A stretch of 32,000 nt of DNA from an uncultured Gammaproteobacteria bacterium (lineage in GTDB: Bacteria > Patescibacteriota > Microgenomatia > Daviesbacterales > UBA10151): contig CAYHYM010000002.1 of NCBI GenBank assembly GCA_964360965.1, forward strand, positions 40,412 through 72,411, in the 5' to 3' direction. A program made the translations under genes and the position numbers. Each line of letters begins with the position of its first letter. The stretch's first letter is position 1. The notes below the pieces were generated by a model. The model worked only from the letters and a program-made list of their open reading frames with translations. It was not told the origin of the DNA and ran no database searches. Below are positions 22,960 through 30,153 of the stretch, piece after piece.

Positions 22960-23478
22960 TTACTCAGTAGTTATTTGAGCATGGACCCTGTAGGTTGGAT
23001 TTGGTTCAAAAACAATCTCACCCCTTTTTTCAACTATATAATAAGCAAAGCCTGACTTTTCTTCTACTGTCTTATAATCATGGTCAATGGGATCTGATGA
23101 AGAATTATCAAGCACCACTAAAAAGTTTTTACCGGTATTAACAACAGCATGACCAAATCCGGAAGGTACCACCACTGTTTTACCTACCACCAATGTGACT
23201 ACTTTAAACTCTTTTGCCTCACCTTGCTCATCATTTCTTTGCATCAGCAGTATACCTTGACCAAAAAGGCACTGATAAATTTCAGCTGACATGGATTTAT
23301 GAAAATGCCCATGAGTTTTATAATATTCCTGGCCCAAAAGGCCGGACATTAAAACTGTGATATTATACCCCTTTCCGGTAATCACAAAATAAATTTCCTT
23401 TATTGTTTTTGATGGGCTTATCAAAACATCTTTGATATCTTTACTGGTTTTGGTAATGATAACTTTATTTAACATCAT
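22960..23478 (-). CDS. cupin-fold protein, cupin-type glucose-6-phosphate isomerase-like
   Basis: THGHFH ... AEIYQCLFGQGILLMQ ... VVVPSGFGHAVVNTG resembles the archaeal-type cupin PGI family metal-binding motifs. Confidence 0.45.
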   Translation of the reverse strand: MMLNKVIITKTSKDIKDVLISPSKTIKEIYFVITGKGYNITVLMSGLLGQEYYKTHGHFHKSMSAEIYQCLFGQGILLMQRNDEQGEAKEFKVVTLVVGKTVVVPSGFGHAVVNTGKNFLVVLDNSSSDPIDHDYKTVEEKSGFAYYIVEKRGEIVFEPNPTYRVHAQITTE

Positions 23479-23496
23479 CTTAGCTTACCAGTATAC

Positions 23497-24210
23497 TTAT
23501 CTTTTAGTCAATAAAAGAAAAAGATATTTAAAAAGTTTAAGCTGCCTTTTAATCCTCCAGGGCTGATTAGTAAGTCTAAATAACCATTCCAGGCCCAAAG
23601 ACCTTAAAAAGTAAGTGGCTCTGGGAACTATTCCTGAAAGATAGTCCAATGATCCGCCCACACCCATGGCCACTTTTACCGGAATGTGAGGCAAATTTTG
23701 AGCAATCCAGTATTCCTGTTTAGGATGACCAAAAGCCACAAATAGGATATCAGTGGGAGGAAAGTTGCGAGGGGGCAACCTGCCTTCTCTATCTACCTCT
23801 CCACCACTTTCCGCAAATGTCACCTTAAGTTTAGGATATTTTATTTTTAAGCACTCTGCAGTTTTTTCTGCAGTTTGGTTTCTTCCTCCCAAAAAAGCAA
23901 CTGAAAACCCTCTTTTGGCTGACATTTCCACCAATTTTTCCATCAAATCTACTCCGGGAGTGGTATTTTTGATCTTACCTGATAATTTTAGACCCATACC
24001 ATCTGGAATAGATAAATCTGCGCTGTTTAAGATCTTTTTAAAACCAGGATTATTTTGAGCATCGACTATAAATTCAGGATTAGGAGTCACAATAAAATGC
24101 TTTTCCTCTTGCAAGGCCAGGCCTTGCAAGGCTAACCAATTGTAAACTTTCTTTAAAGCCTCATCCATTGTGACATCATCAATTTTAACTCCCAAAATAT
24201 CTATTTTCAT
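23497..24210 (-). CDS. WecB/TagA/CpsF-family glycosyltransferase (GT26)
   Basis: The start was moved to the ATG at 24210 (MKIDILGVKIDDVTMDEAL). Other motifs are FIVTPNPEFIV, SIPDGMGL, FLGG and LFVAFGHPKQEYWI. Confidence 0.8.
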   Translation of the reverse strand: MKIDILGVKIDDVTMDEALKKVYNWLALQGLALQEEKHFIVTPNPEFIVDAQNNPGFKKILNSADLSIPDGMGLKLSGKIKNTTPGVDLMEKLVEMSAKRGFSVAFLGGRNQTAEKTAECLKIKYPKLKVTFAESGGEVDREGRLPPRNFPPTDILFVAFGHPKQEYWIAQNLPHIPVKVAMGVGGSLDYLSGIVPRATYFLRSLGLEWLFRLTNQPWRIKRQLKLFKYLFLLLTKR

Positions 24211-24230
24211 AAAAAATACTTTCTGTTCGT

Positions 24231-25373
24231 TCAGGATGACAATAACACCTTTAGTGTTTCCTTTGCACATTTTTCCCAGGAAAACCTTTTGATGTTTTCA
24301 AAACCTGCTTTTACACTTTGCACTCTCCACTTTGCACTTTGCACTTTTTCCATCCCCCTCACTATATCATCAATGGAATATGGATTCACCAAAATGGCAG
24401 CCTTGCCAGCTACGTTTCGGTTTACACGAACGTAGCCAGCCACCTCCGGCATACTTGACACATCCGATGTGATCACTGGACATCCGCAAGCCTGAGCCTC
24501 CAAAATAGGTAATCCAAACCCTTCAAAAAGAGAGGGAAAGAGCAGAGCTTTGGCTCCGGAGTATAGGGCCGGTAAATCTTTATCAGCTACATAACCCAGG
24601 AATTTAACCTTATCTTCTATACCTAGCTTCTTAGGAAGCTGATAAACCTCATCACTCATCCAACCTTTGGAACCAGCAATTACAAGTTTAGAAGCGGCGA
24701 AGTCACGAGCGACTATTGAAAAAGCCTTAATTATCCTCTCCAGATTCTTCCTGGGCTGTACAGTCCCCACAAATAGAAAGTACTTTCCCTCCTCTATATC
24801 AAAGTATTTCAATGTATTTCTAAGTATTTCTTCTTTTACTGATCTAAACAACTCCTTATCATACCCCTCATATACCACTCTGATTTTATCCTCTTCTATT
24901 CCTATTCTTTCCACCAGATCCCTTTTAGTAGCTTTTGACACGGCAATAATCTTGCTTGCCCCTCTTAACTGATATCTTTGCATGATGGAAAGATATAGTT
25001 TTTGTTTTAACTGGTGCATGGAAGGAAGAAACTCTGACCCCAAATCATGGACAGTCACCACCGTCTTTATCCCTGGTGTTCTGATTAAAGGCAGCGTATG
25101 CGCAGGCACATACAGCACATTAAGATCATCTTTAAAGGTCTGTACAGCCAGTCCCCCTTGTGTCCAAAGCCTTGACCATTTAATTGTCACAAACTTGAAA
25201 TTCTTTGGCCATCCATTATTGTCATTCCGAGCTTGCGAATTCGGTCTGATATAAACTATATAAGTATTTTTGTCATCAATTTTTGCCAAAGCTTTAAGCA
25301 GTTGATAAGAATAATTTTCTGTCCCGGTCTTTTTTTTATCAAATGCCCTGGAGCCATCAAAACCAATTATCAT
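24231..25373 (-). CDS. GT4-family glycosyltransferase (GT-B fold)
   Basis: FVGTVQPRKN and the EX7E-type motif PSLFEGFGLPILEAQACGCPVITS. The gene contains an in-frame palindromic insertion and a heptamer repeat tract. Confidence 0.85.
   Translation of the reverse strand: MIIGFDGSRAFDKKKTGTENYSYQLLKALAKIDDKNTYIVYIRPNSQARNDNNGWPKNFKFVTIKWSRLWTQGGLAVQTFKDDLNVLYVPAHTLPLIRTPGIKTVVTVHDLGSEFLPSMHQLKQKLYLSIMQRYQLRGASKIIAVSKATKRDLVERIGIEEDKIRVVYEGYDKELFRSVKEEILRNTLKYFDIEEGKYFLFVGTVQPRKNLERIIKAFSIVARDFAASKLVIAGSKGWMSDEVYQLPKKLGIEDKVKFLGYVADKDLPALYSGAKALLFPSLFEGFGLPILEAQACGCPVITSDVSSMPEVAGYVRVNRNVAGKAAILVNPYSIDDIVRGMEKVQSAKWRVQSVKAGFENIKRFSWEKCAKETLKVLLSS
24314..24348. repeat. five tandem heptamers (CACTTTG CACTCTC CACTTTG CACTTTG CACTTTT) inside the GT4 gene
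   Basis: Read directly from the sequence. The unit length is not a multiple of three. The tract encodes EKVQSAKWRVQSVK on the minus strand. Confidence 0.8.
24405..24440. repeat. 24-nt hairpin element (GTTTACA loop) flanked by 6-nt direct repeats GCCAGC, in frame inside the GT4 gene
   Basis: GCCAGC-TACGTTTCGGTTTACACGAACGTA-GCCAGC. It encodes AG-YVRVNRNV-AG. The element is related to the hairpin at 7434-7456. Confidence 0.65.
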
Positions 25374-25391
25374 GTTATCTAGGTCTCTCTT

Positions 25392-26408
25392 TCATCTTTT
25401 ACTGACCGAACGTTTGTATAAATCCAAATTTTCCAAAGCCATGCCAGTACCCAAGGCTACACAAAGAAGCGGGTTTTCTACGGCAGCTGCCGGAACTCCC
25501 AACATTTGGGTCAAAAATTTGTCCAGATTCTTCAGTAGTGATGTTCCACCACTCATCACAATCCCCTTATCAATAATATCTGAGGCCAGCTCAGGAGGCA
25601 CTTGTTCCAAAACCCCTTTAACAGCCCCTAAAATTTTTTGCAGTATATCGGAAATTGCCTCAGTCACTTCATCCGATGATAACTTTAAGCTTTTGGGCAG
25701 TCCTGTAAAAGCATCCCTTCCTCTTATTTCCATATCTTTTTTTTCATTTGAAGGCAGCGCTGTGGCTGACCCAATGCTGATTTTGATATTTTCAGCCATC
25801 TGGTCTCCAATGATTAAGTTATATTTTTTCCGAACATAGGATTGGATCGCTTCATCAATTTTATTACCCCCAACTCTAACCGAGTTATGAACTACCACTC
25901 CTCCCAGACAAATCACTGCAGCCTCAGTAGTCCCTCCTCCAATATCAACAATCATATTGCCGGACGGATTGGCAATGGGGATTTTGGCCCCAATTGCTGC
26001 GGCCAAAGGTTCATCTATTAAAAAAGCAGTTTTGGCGCCAGCTGATAAGGTAGCATCCAAAATGGCCCGCTTTTCAACAGAGGTGACACCGGCCGGCGCG
26101 CAAACCATCACCTCCGGTTTAAATAATCTGCTGCGGCCGCAGGCCTTGTCTAAAAAATAGGCAATAAGACCTTGAGTGATAACATAATCGGCAATTACCC
26201 CGTCTCTCATTGGACGGGAGGCAATAATATTCCCCGGGGTCCTGCCTAACATTTCTTTGGCCTCATTGCCTACTGCCAAAACACTTCTATCCAGCGTGGA
26301 GATGGCCACCACAGTTGGCTCATTAAGCACAATTCCCTCACCCGCCAGATAAACTAAGGAGTTGGCAGTTCCTAAATCTATACCTACTCGTTTACTAAGA
26401 CCAAACAT
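25392..26408 (-). CDS. mreB: rod-shape-determining actin homologue MreB
   Basis: GIDLGTANSLVY, GNEAKEMLGRTPGNIIASRPMRDGVIAD and DIGGGTTEAAV. The start was placed at the ATG at 26408 (MFGLSKRVGIDLGT), 7 nt after TAAAAT; the track uses a TTG at 26429. Confidence 0.9.
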   Translation of the reverse strand: MFGLSKRVGIDLGTANSLVYLAGEGIVLNEPTVVAISTLDRSVLAVGNEAKEMLGRTPGNIIASRPMRDGVIADYVITQGLIAYFLDKACGRSRLFKPEVMVCAPAGVTSVEKRAILDATLSAGAKTAFLIDEPLAAAIGAKIPIANPSGNMIVDIGGGTTEAAVICLGGVVVHNSVRVGGNKIDEAIQSYVRKKYNLIIGDQMAENIKISIGSATALPSNEKKDMEIRGRDAFTGLPKSLKLSSDEVTEAISDILQKILGAVKGVLEQVPPELASDIIDKGIVMSGGTSLLKNLDKFLTQMLGVPAAAVENPLLCVALGTGMALENLDLYKRSVSKR

Positions 26409-26469
26409 TACGCCAATTTTAGCAATCAAAGAAATTAGTCACAAGATATACTAAATGGATCAAAAGAGT

Positions 26470-27639
26470 TCACTTAAGGTTTATCCCATACAGGTTGGGG
26501 GAAGAAGCAGTTGGTGTGGGAAAAGAGCTAACCAGGATCAGCCTGGAAGAATCCGGCCAAACATAGACATAATTATCATCAAATTTACCGGCGAATAAAA
26601 CTGCCTTATTGCTGCTGTCAAAATCAATAATTGAAACTTGATCACTCTCCACCAGCACAATATGCCTTGAATCAGGCAGCCAAAAATGAAGCTTGGCTGA
26701 AGGTACATCATATTGTTTATTATCCTCCAGGTCGTAAACTTTAAAGTTAGAAATTAAAACTTCACCCTCTTTTTCTTTGTCGGTAAGAGCATTTTTTCTA
26801 TAGATAAATTTAGTCTCATCAGGGGCCCATTTCAAAACCGCTGAATTTGAAGCAAGGTGTTTGGCCGCAAAATCCTTGATATTTAATACCCTGGCCTGGT
26901 TTTGAGCATTCTTATCATCTGCCCAGGATTTTAAAGTGGACGTCAGTACAGGGGTAATATCCCTGGGATCCTGGTTGAGCCTATTTTCATCTAAAATATA
27001 ATGGTTGCTACCTACTTTTGCCATAATCTGTTTTGAATCAGGAGAAAAATCTAAAAAAGCGTTGGTATAATCAATACTCAAACTTTGAGCAATCTGATGC
27101 GGCTCTGAGGAACGGGCAAAAGCAATGGGGCGATCAGAGACCATAGTCCAAACCCAAACTCCCGCTTTTTTGTTACCTATTGCTTGAGTAGAACTTAGGG
27201 GAACTACATATGCCAATTTTTCTCCATCAGGAGAAAGTATCGGGTTTTTTACTCCGCTGAAGGTTAAGGGGTAAATGGTGGGCTGGGCCGGGAAAAGAAT
27301 CAATTTCAAATCGCTCACCAGTCCCTCTTTAACCTCAACTGATCTTTCCCAGGGGATGAAACCCTCTTTTACCACTCTCACCTGATAAGTTTTAGGAGAT
27401 AAACCAGGGATGGTGGCATTGGTGGCTGTGGTTAAATGTCCGTCAATAAAGACAGAGGCTGCATCAGGAGAAGATTTGATAGTGATAATTCCGGTGCCGA
27501 CGATTCTTTTTTCTTTAGGAGAAAAAGTATATCCTTTGGCCAAAAAAATAGCCAATCCTGAGGCTGCCACAATAATAACCAGTGTCAAAATGGTGAATAA
27601 AAAACGTTTTGACATAATATTCTTAAGATATCCTAACAT
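26470..27639 (-). CDS. PEGA-domain membrane-anchored protein with a beta-propeller-like C-terminal region
   Basis: An N-terminal TM helix is followed by PEGA-like IKSSPDAASVFIDGHLTTATNATIPGLSPKTYQVRVVKEGFIPWERSVEV. The repetitive beta-rich C-terminus (SPDGEKLAY, FSPDSKQI, WAPDETKF) resembles TolB-like blades. Confidence 0.55.
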   Translation of the reverse strand: MLGYLKNIMSKRFLFTILTLVIIVAASGLAIFLAKGYTFSPKEKRIVGTGIITIKSSPDAASVFIDGHLTTATNATIPGLSPKTYQVRVVKEGFIPWERSVEVKEGLVSDLKLILFPAQPTIYPLTFSGVKNPILSPDGEKLAYVVPLSSTQAIGNKKAGVWVWTMVSDRPIAFARSSEPHQIAQSLSIDYTNAFLDFSPDSKQIMAKVGSNHYILDENRLNQDPRDITPVLTSTLKSWADDKNAQNQARVLNIKDFAAKHLASNSAVLKWAPDETKFIYRKNALTDKEKEGEVLISNFKVYDLEDNKQYDVPSAKLHFWLPDSRHIVLVESDQVSIIDFDSSNKAVLFAGKFDDNYVYVWPDSSRLILVSSFPTPTASSPNLYGINLK

Positions 27640-27669
27640 AACTTAATTATCTTATCCAGTGGAATTTTG

Positions 27670-27742
27670 CGGCCCTGGAGGGAATTGCACCCCCGACCAA
27701 CCGCTTAGGACGCGGCTGCTCTGTCTGCTGAGCTACAGGGCC
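27670..27742 (-). tRNA. tRNA-Arg(CCU), non-canonical D and T loops
   Basis: Cloverleaf on the minus strand: GGCCCTG/CAGGGCC acceptor, D arm GCTC-AGCAGACA-GAGC with no GG in the D loop, anticodon arm GCCGC-GTCCTAA-GCGGT, T arm GGGGG-TGCAATT-CCCTC with G at position 55. Confidence 0.65.
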
Positions 27743-27747
27743 AAGGT

Positions 27748-27783
27748 TTACTTAAGTTAGTTAAGATACTTAAGTTACCTAAG
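27748..27783. repeat. 9-mer array 1: TTACTTAAG TTAGTTAAG ATACTTAAG TTACCTAAG
   Basis: Four tandem 9-bp units between tRNA-Arg and the 3' end of the four-helix-bundle suffix gene. The array overlaps that gene's last codons and stop. Confidence 0.85.
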
Positions 27784-28362
27784 TTTAACGCGTAGTCTCT
27801 TTTGAAACAAGTTTTCAGAATATCCACCCTCCTTAATAAAAGTTTCTTCTGCTTTGTTAATTTGCTTATTTAACAAATAGGTTGCTAAATGACATAAAGT
27901 TAAGAGAAAATTAGCAGCTTCCTCTGGATCATCTGGCAACTTGGGCTTTTCTTTAAATTCACCTAAGTTACTTAAGTTACCTAAGTCACTTAAGCGATAA
28001 GCAAGCTGCCTAAATTCCTTCACCTTAGGATCATCCTTGGGCCAGATTTTTAAATCTCTTTGTCTTAAAAAATCTTCATAATCTTTAATTAACTCTTCCA
28101 AAGAGGATTCAGCTACACCTAAAAGTCTAATCTCCCCTTTTTTAGAGGTTCTACCAAATCCTACCGCTTCTACTATATTTTGCTTTCCGGACCTGGCAGA
28201 TTGATTCATCTGATCAGCAGTCCTGTAATCTGGCTTGCTGTCTTTTAAGTTACTTAAGACACTTAAGTTACCTAAGATATACTTCTTAATAAAAATTACA
28301 GTTAAATCATGTATAATTTCGCTATAACGATAGGTCAGGAGGTACTTGTGCTTTGGTAGCAT
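27775..28362 (-). CDS. four-helix-bundle suffix-domain protein (23S rRNA IVS protein-related)
   Basis: RTADQMNQSARSGKQNIVEAVGFGRTSKKGEIRLLGVAESSLEELIKDYEDFLRQRDLKIWPKDD matches the family core. It has two in-frame L-x-x tripeptide repeat insertions (LGNLSVLSNL and LSDLGNLSNLGE). Confidence 0.8.
   Translation of the reverse strand: MLPKHKYLLTYRYSEIIHDLTVIFIKKYILGNLSVLSNLKDSKPDYRTADQMNQSARSGKQNIVEAVGFGRTSKKGEIRLLGVAESSLEELIKDYEDFLRQRDLKIWPKDDPKVKEFRQLAYRLSDLGNLSNLGEFKEKPKLPDDPEEAANFLLTLCHLATYLLNKQINKAEETFIKEGGYSENLFQKRLRVKLR
27959..27994. repeat. 9-mer array 2 (intragenic): TCACCTAAG TTACTTAAG TTACCTAAG TCACTTAAG
   Basis: In frame within the gene; encodes LSDLGNLSNLGE on the minus strand. Confidence 0.85.
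28241..28276. repeat. 9-mer array 3 (intragenic): TCTTTTAAG TTACTTAAG ACACTTAAG TTACCTAAG
   Basis: In frame within the gene; encodes LGNLSVLSNLK on the minus strand. Confidence 0.85.
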
Positions 28363-28364
28363 AT

Positions 28365-28400
28365 TTACTTAAGTTACCTAAGATACTTAAGTTACTTATA
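28365..28400. repeat. 9-mer array 4: TTACTTAAG TTACCTAAG ATACTTAAG TTACTTATA
   Basis: It lies between the gene's start codon (28362) and tRNA-Pro (28409). Confidence 0.85.
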
Positions 28401-28408
28401 TCTTATCA

Positions 28409-28480
28409 CGGGGACTAGGTCATCGGTAGACCGCTCGGTTCGGGTCCGAGAGGCAGGGAGTTCAATTCTCCCGTCCCCGA
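28409..28480 (+). tRNA. tRNA-Pro(CGG)
   Basis: Cloverleaf: CGGGGAC/GTCCCCG acceptor, D arm GGTC-ATCGGTA-GACC, anticodon arm CTCGG-TTCGGGT-CCGAG, T arm GGGAG-TTCAATT-CTCCC, discriminator A. Confidence 0.9.
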
Positions 28481-28605
28481 CTAGTATGTTGTTTACATTC
28501 AAATATCTGATCACCTATGGACCTTACTTACCTTTGAGGATCATCTGTAGATTTACGAGCATAGAGGACATACTTTAATTTCGAAAAATCCAGCTCCTCA
28601 TCCAT
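28481..28605 (-). pseudogene. serine recombinase N-terminal relic (in-frame TAA, truncated at the tRNA-Pro 3' end)
   Basis: The minus strand from the ATG at 28605 reads MDEELDFSKLKYVLYARKSTDDPQR*VRSIGDQIFECKQHTS. YARKST....RQ..SI.DQ is the catalytic N-terminal signature of serine recombinases. The TAA at 28528-28530 sits where CAA (Gln) is expected. The frame runs directly into tRNA-Pro. Confidence 0.55.
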
Positions 28606-28631
28606 GAGGGAATTATACCAAAGCTATTATT

Positions 28632-28988
28632 TTATAAATTAGTTACCACTTCGCCAAGCTTAGCAATACCTCTTTTTCCTAAATCAATAGTTACCCCTTG
28701 CATCTCTAATCCTGACATTCCAACAGTTTTAACATTGGGTGAATGACGACCAATAGCTGCTACTAAAGCACGTCCATCATAACCACTTGTATCGTTAGGG
28801 TCTAAATTACCATCAATCGTAGCTACTTGTACCCCTAATTCCTCGAATTGTTCTATAGCTTTGACTGCATCATCAAAAGTTTCTGCCTTTAAAACTACAC
28901 TATGACCTGCAGATTCTAGTATGCGCCTTATGTTTTCTTGCCAATCCTTATTATCTTCTGCAACAAATACTCTTGCTCTTTCTGGCAT
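28632..28988 (-). CDS. stand-alone response-regulator receiver (CheY-like) domain protein
   Basis: 118 aa with VFVAEDN (acidic pair), ATIDGNL (putative phospho-acceptor Asp59), VGMSG (Ser/Thr position) and LGKRG (Lys position). AAGGAG lies 8 nt upstream of the ATG. There is no output domain. Confidence 0.55.
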   Translation of the reverse strand: MPERARVFVAEDNKDWQENIRRILESAGHSVVLKAETFDDAVKAIEQFEELGVQVATIDGNLDPNDTSGYDGRALVAAIGRHSPNVKTVGMSGLEMQGVTIDLGKRGIAKLGEVVTNL

Positions 28989-29002
28989 TTTAAATACTCC
29001 TT

Positions 29003-29698
29003 TTAATTAAGTTTAGGGTCAGGATATTCACCACTAATAATTCTGGCATTCCCACCACCTGGAACTTCTCCTATTTCAATAGTTTCAGTAGCTCTTCTTT
29101 CTAAATCTTTAACAATTATCATATCAGGACTTTTGCTGTGTACTAAAGTCACACTTAAACCACCGAAGCATTTATCCAATGCTGCCATCTGTGTCTCTCC
29201 ATTTCTGGCACCTCCAAAGCATTCAGAAACTCTTAATCCATAATCAGTCACACAACCTAACTCTAGATCAGATAACATGTAATCTCTAGCTGCAGATAGG
29301 AAACAAACAGTTCTCATTGGGTCACCAAGAGGCAGTTTGGAATAAGAACCAAATGTTGCTAAATGCTCTTGTACGTAGCCTCGTCTGTAGAGAGCATACC
29401 TTCTGGCTGTAAGTAAATCGTCGTCCTCAAACACTTTCTCAGCTTCTTTTAGTCGTAGGTCTACTAAGTCTAAAGCCTCAAATTGTCTTTCTGCTTTAAC
29501 TAATTCATTTGCGTTATTGGTAGTTTGTTCAACAAATAATTTTACATCTCCAGTAAGTTCAGTGAGGGCTTTAAATTTTTGGTTTTCTTCCTCTGGAAGT
29601 TCAACATAAATAGGTGCATTAAACCATCTACCAGCCACTTCCGTGACCTGATCGGCACTAAAGTTACCAAAATATTGCTGAAATTCATTACTAGCCAT
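29003..29698 (-). CDS. hypothetical protein (231 aa), first gene of a two-gene unit with the receiver protein
   Basis: Clean ORF with a near-consensus promoter upstream. I recognise no motif. Confidence 0.55.
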   Translation of the reverse strand: MASNEFQQYFGNFSADQVTEVAGRWFNAPIYVELPEEENQKFKALTELTGDVKLFVEQTTNNANELVKAERQFEALDLVDLRLKEAEKVFEDDDLLTARRYALYRRGYVQEHLATFGSYSKLPLGDPMRTVCFLSAARDYMLSDLELGCVTDYGLRVSECFGGARNGETQMAALDKCFGGLSVTLVHSKSPDMIIVKDLERRATETIEIGEVPGGGNARIISGEYPDPKLN

Positions 29699-29711
29699 AA
29701 ATTATTAGAGC

Positions 29712-29740
29712 ATTATACACCTGATTTATCCTGAAGTCAA
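29712..29740 (-). promoter_or_regulatory. near-consensus sigma70 promoter for the 231-aa / receiver unit
   Basis: The minus strand reads TTGACT (29740 down to 29735) - 17 nt - TATAAT (29717 down to 29712). The ATG at 29698 lies 13 nt downstream. Confidence 0.5.
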
Positions 29741-30153
29741 ACTATGGGTTGTGTAAGCGGACTTTTTTGCTGGTTAAAATCCCAATAACTTACCTAAAAT
29801 TCTGTGGAATTCTAACCTGGTTCTAATTCCGAGTCTTCGAAGAATCAAGCTTTGCTTAATTTCTGAATCTTGTGAAGGAATCAAGCTTTGCTTATAATCC
29901 GGTACTTGTTCGCCTGTTTGTTCATTAAATTTCATAAGAATTAGAACAAAAAAGACTGGCATTCGCGGTCGGTCGAAACCTTAGGCTAGTCCAGTCATCG
30001 TGATAAATGTATCCTATCACATTCCGCCCCATTTGTCAAAGTCAAATTTAGCCTTAAAAAACATAATTTTGTGGGTAATTTCTATTATTAAAAATTAAGA
30101 TTTGTGGATCAAAGTCTTTTGGTTTCCAGTGTTTTAGGATAGAATCTGACAAA

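Noticed and set aside
25372-25839. Antisense shadow ORFs opposite well-supported genes. Examples are 25372-25839, 25957-26160, 18776-19054, 19178-19603, 23753-24058, 24667-24972, 24982-25254, 20-343, 410-763, 6680-6947 and 20774-21085.
   Set aside because: Each lies entirely inside a confidently identified gene on the other strand. They have low-complexity or odd composition and no start context.
27748-28400. Possible CRISPR array, given the regularly recurring short repeats.
   Set aside because: The units are 9 bp and directly tandem within each block, with no unique spacers. Two blocks lie in frame inside a coding sequence. No cas genes are present.
29774-29962. 62-aa ORF upstream of the 231-aa gene.
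   Set aside because: No SD or promoter context is evident. The sequence is dominated by two 17-nt direct repeats that produce the KQSLI repeats, so it is more likely a regulatory or non-coding region.
29983-30008. Inverted partial copy of the tRNA-Pro 5' region (CTAGTCC...CGTGATAA versus TTATCACG-G-GGACTAG at 28403-28419) as a possible element boundary.
   Set aside because: The match is only two short blocks (7 and 8 nt) with a 6-nt gap, in the wrong orientation and the wrong tRNA half for a classical att duplication. It could easily be chance.
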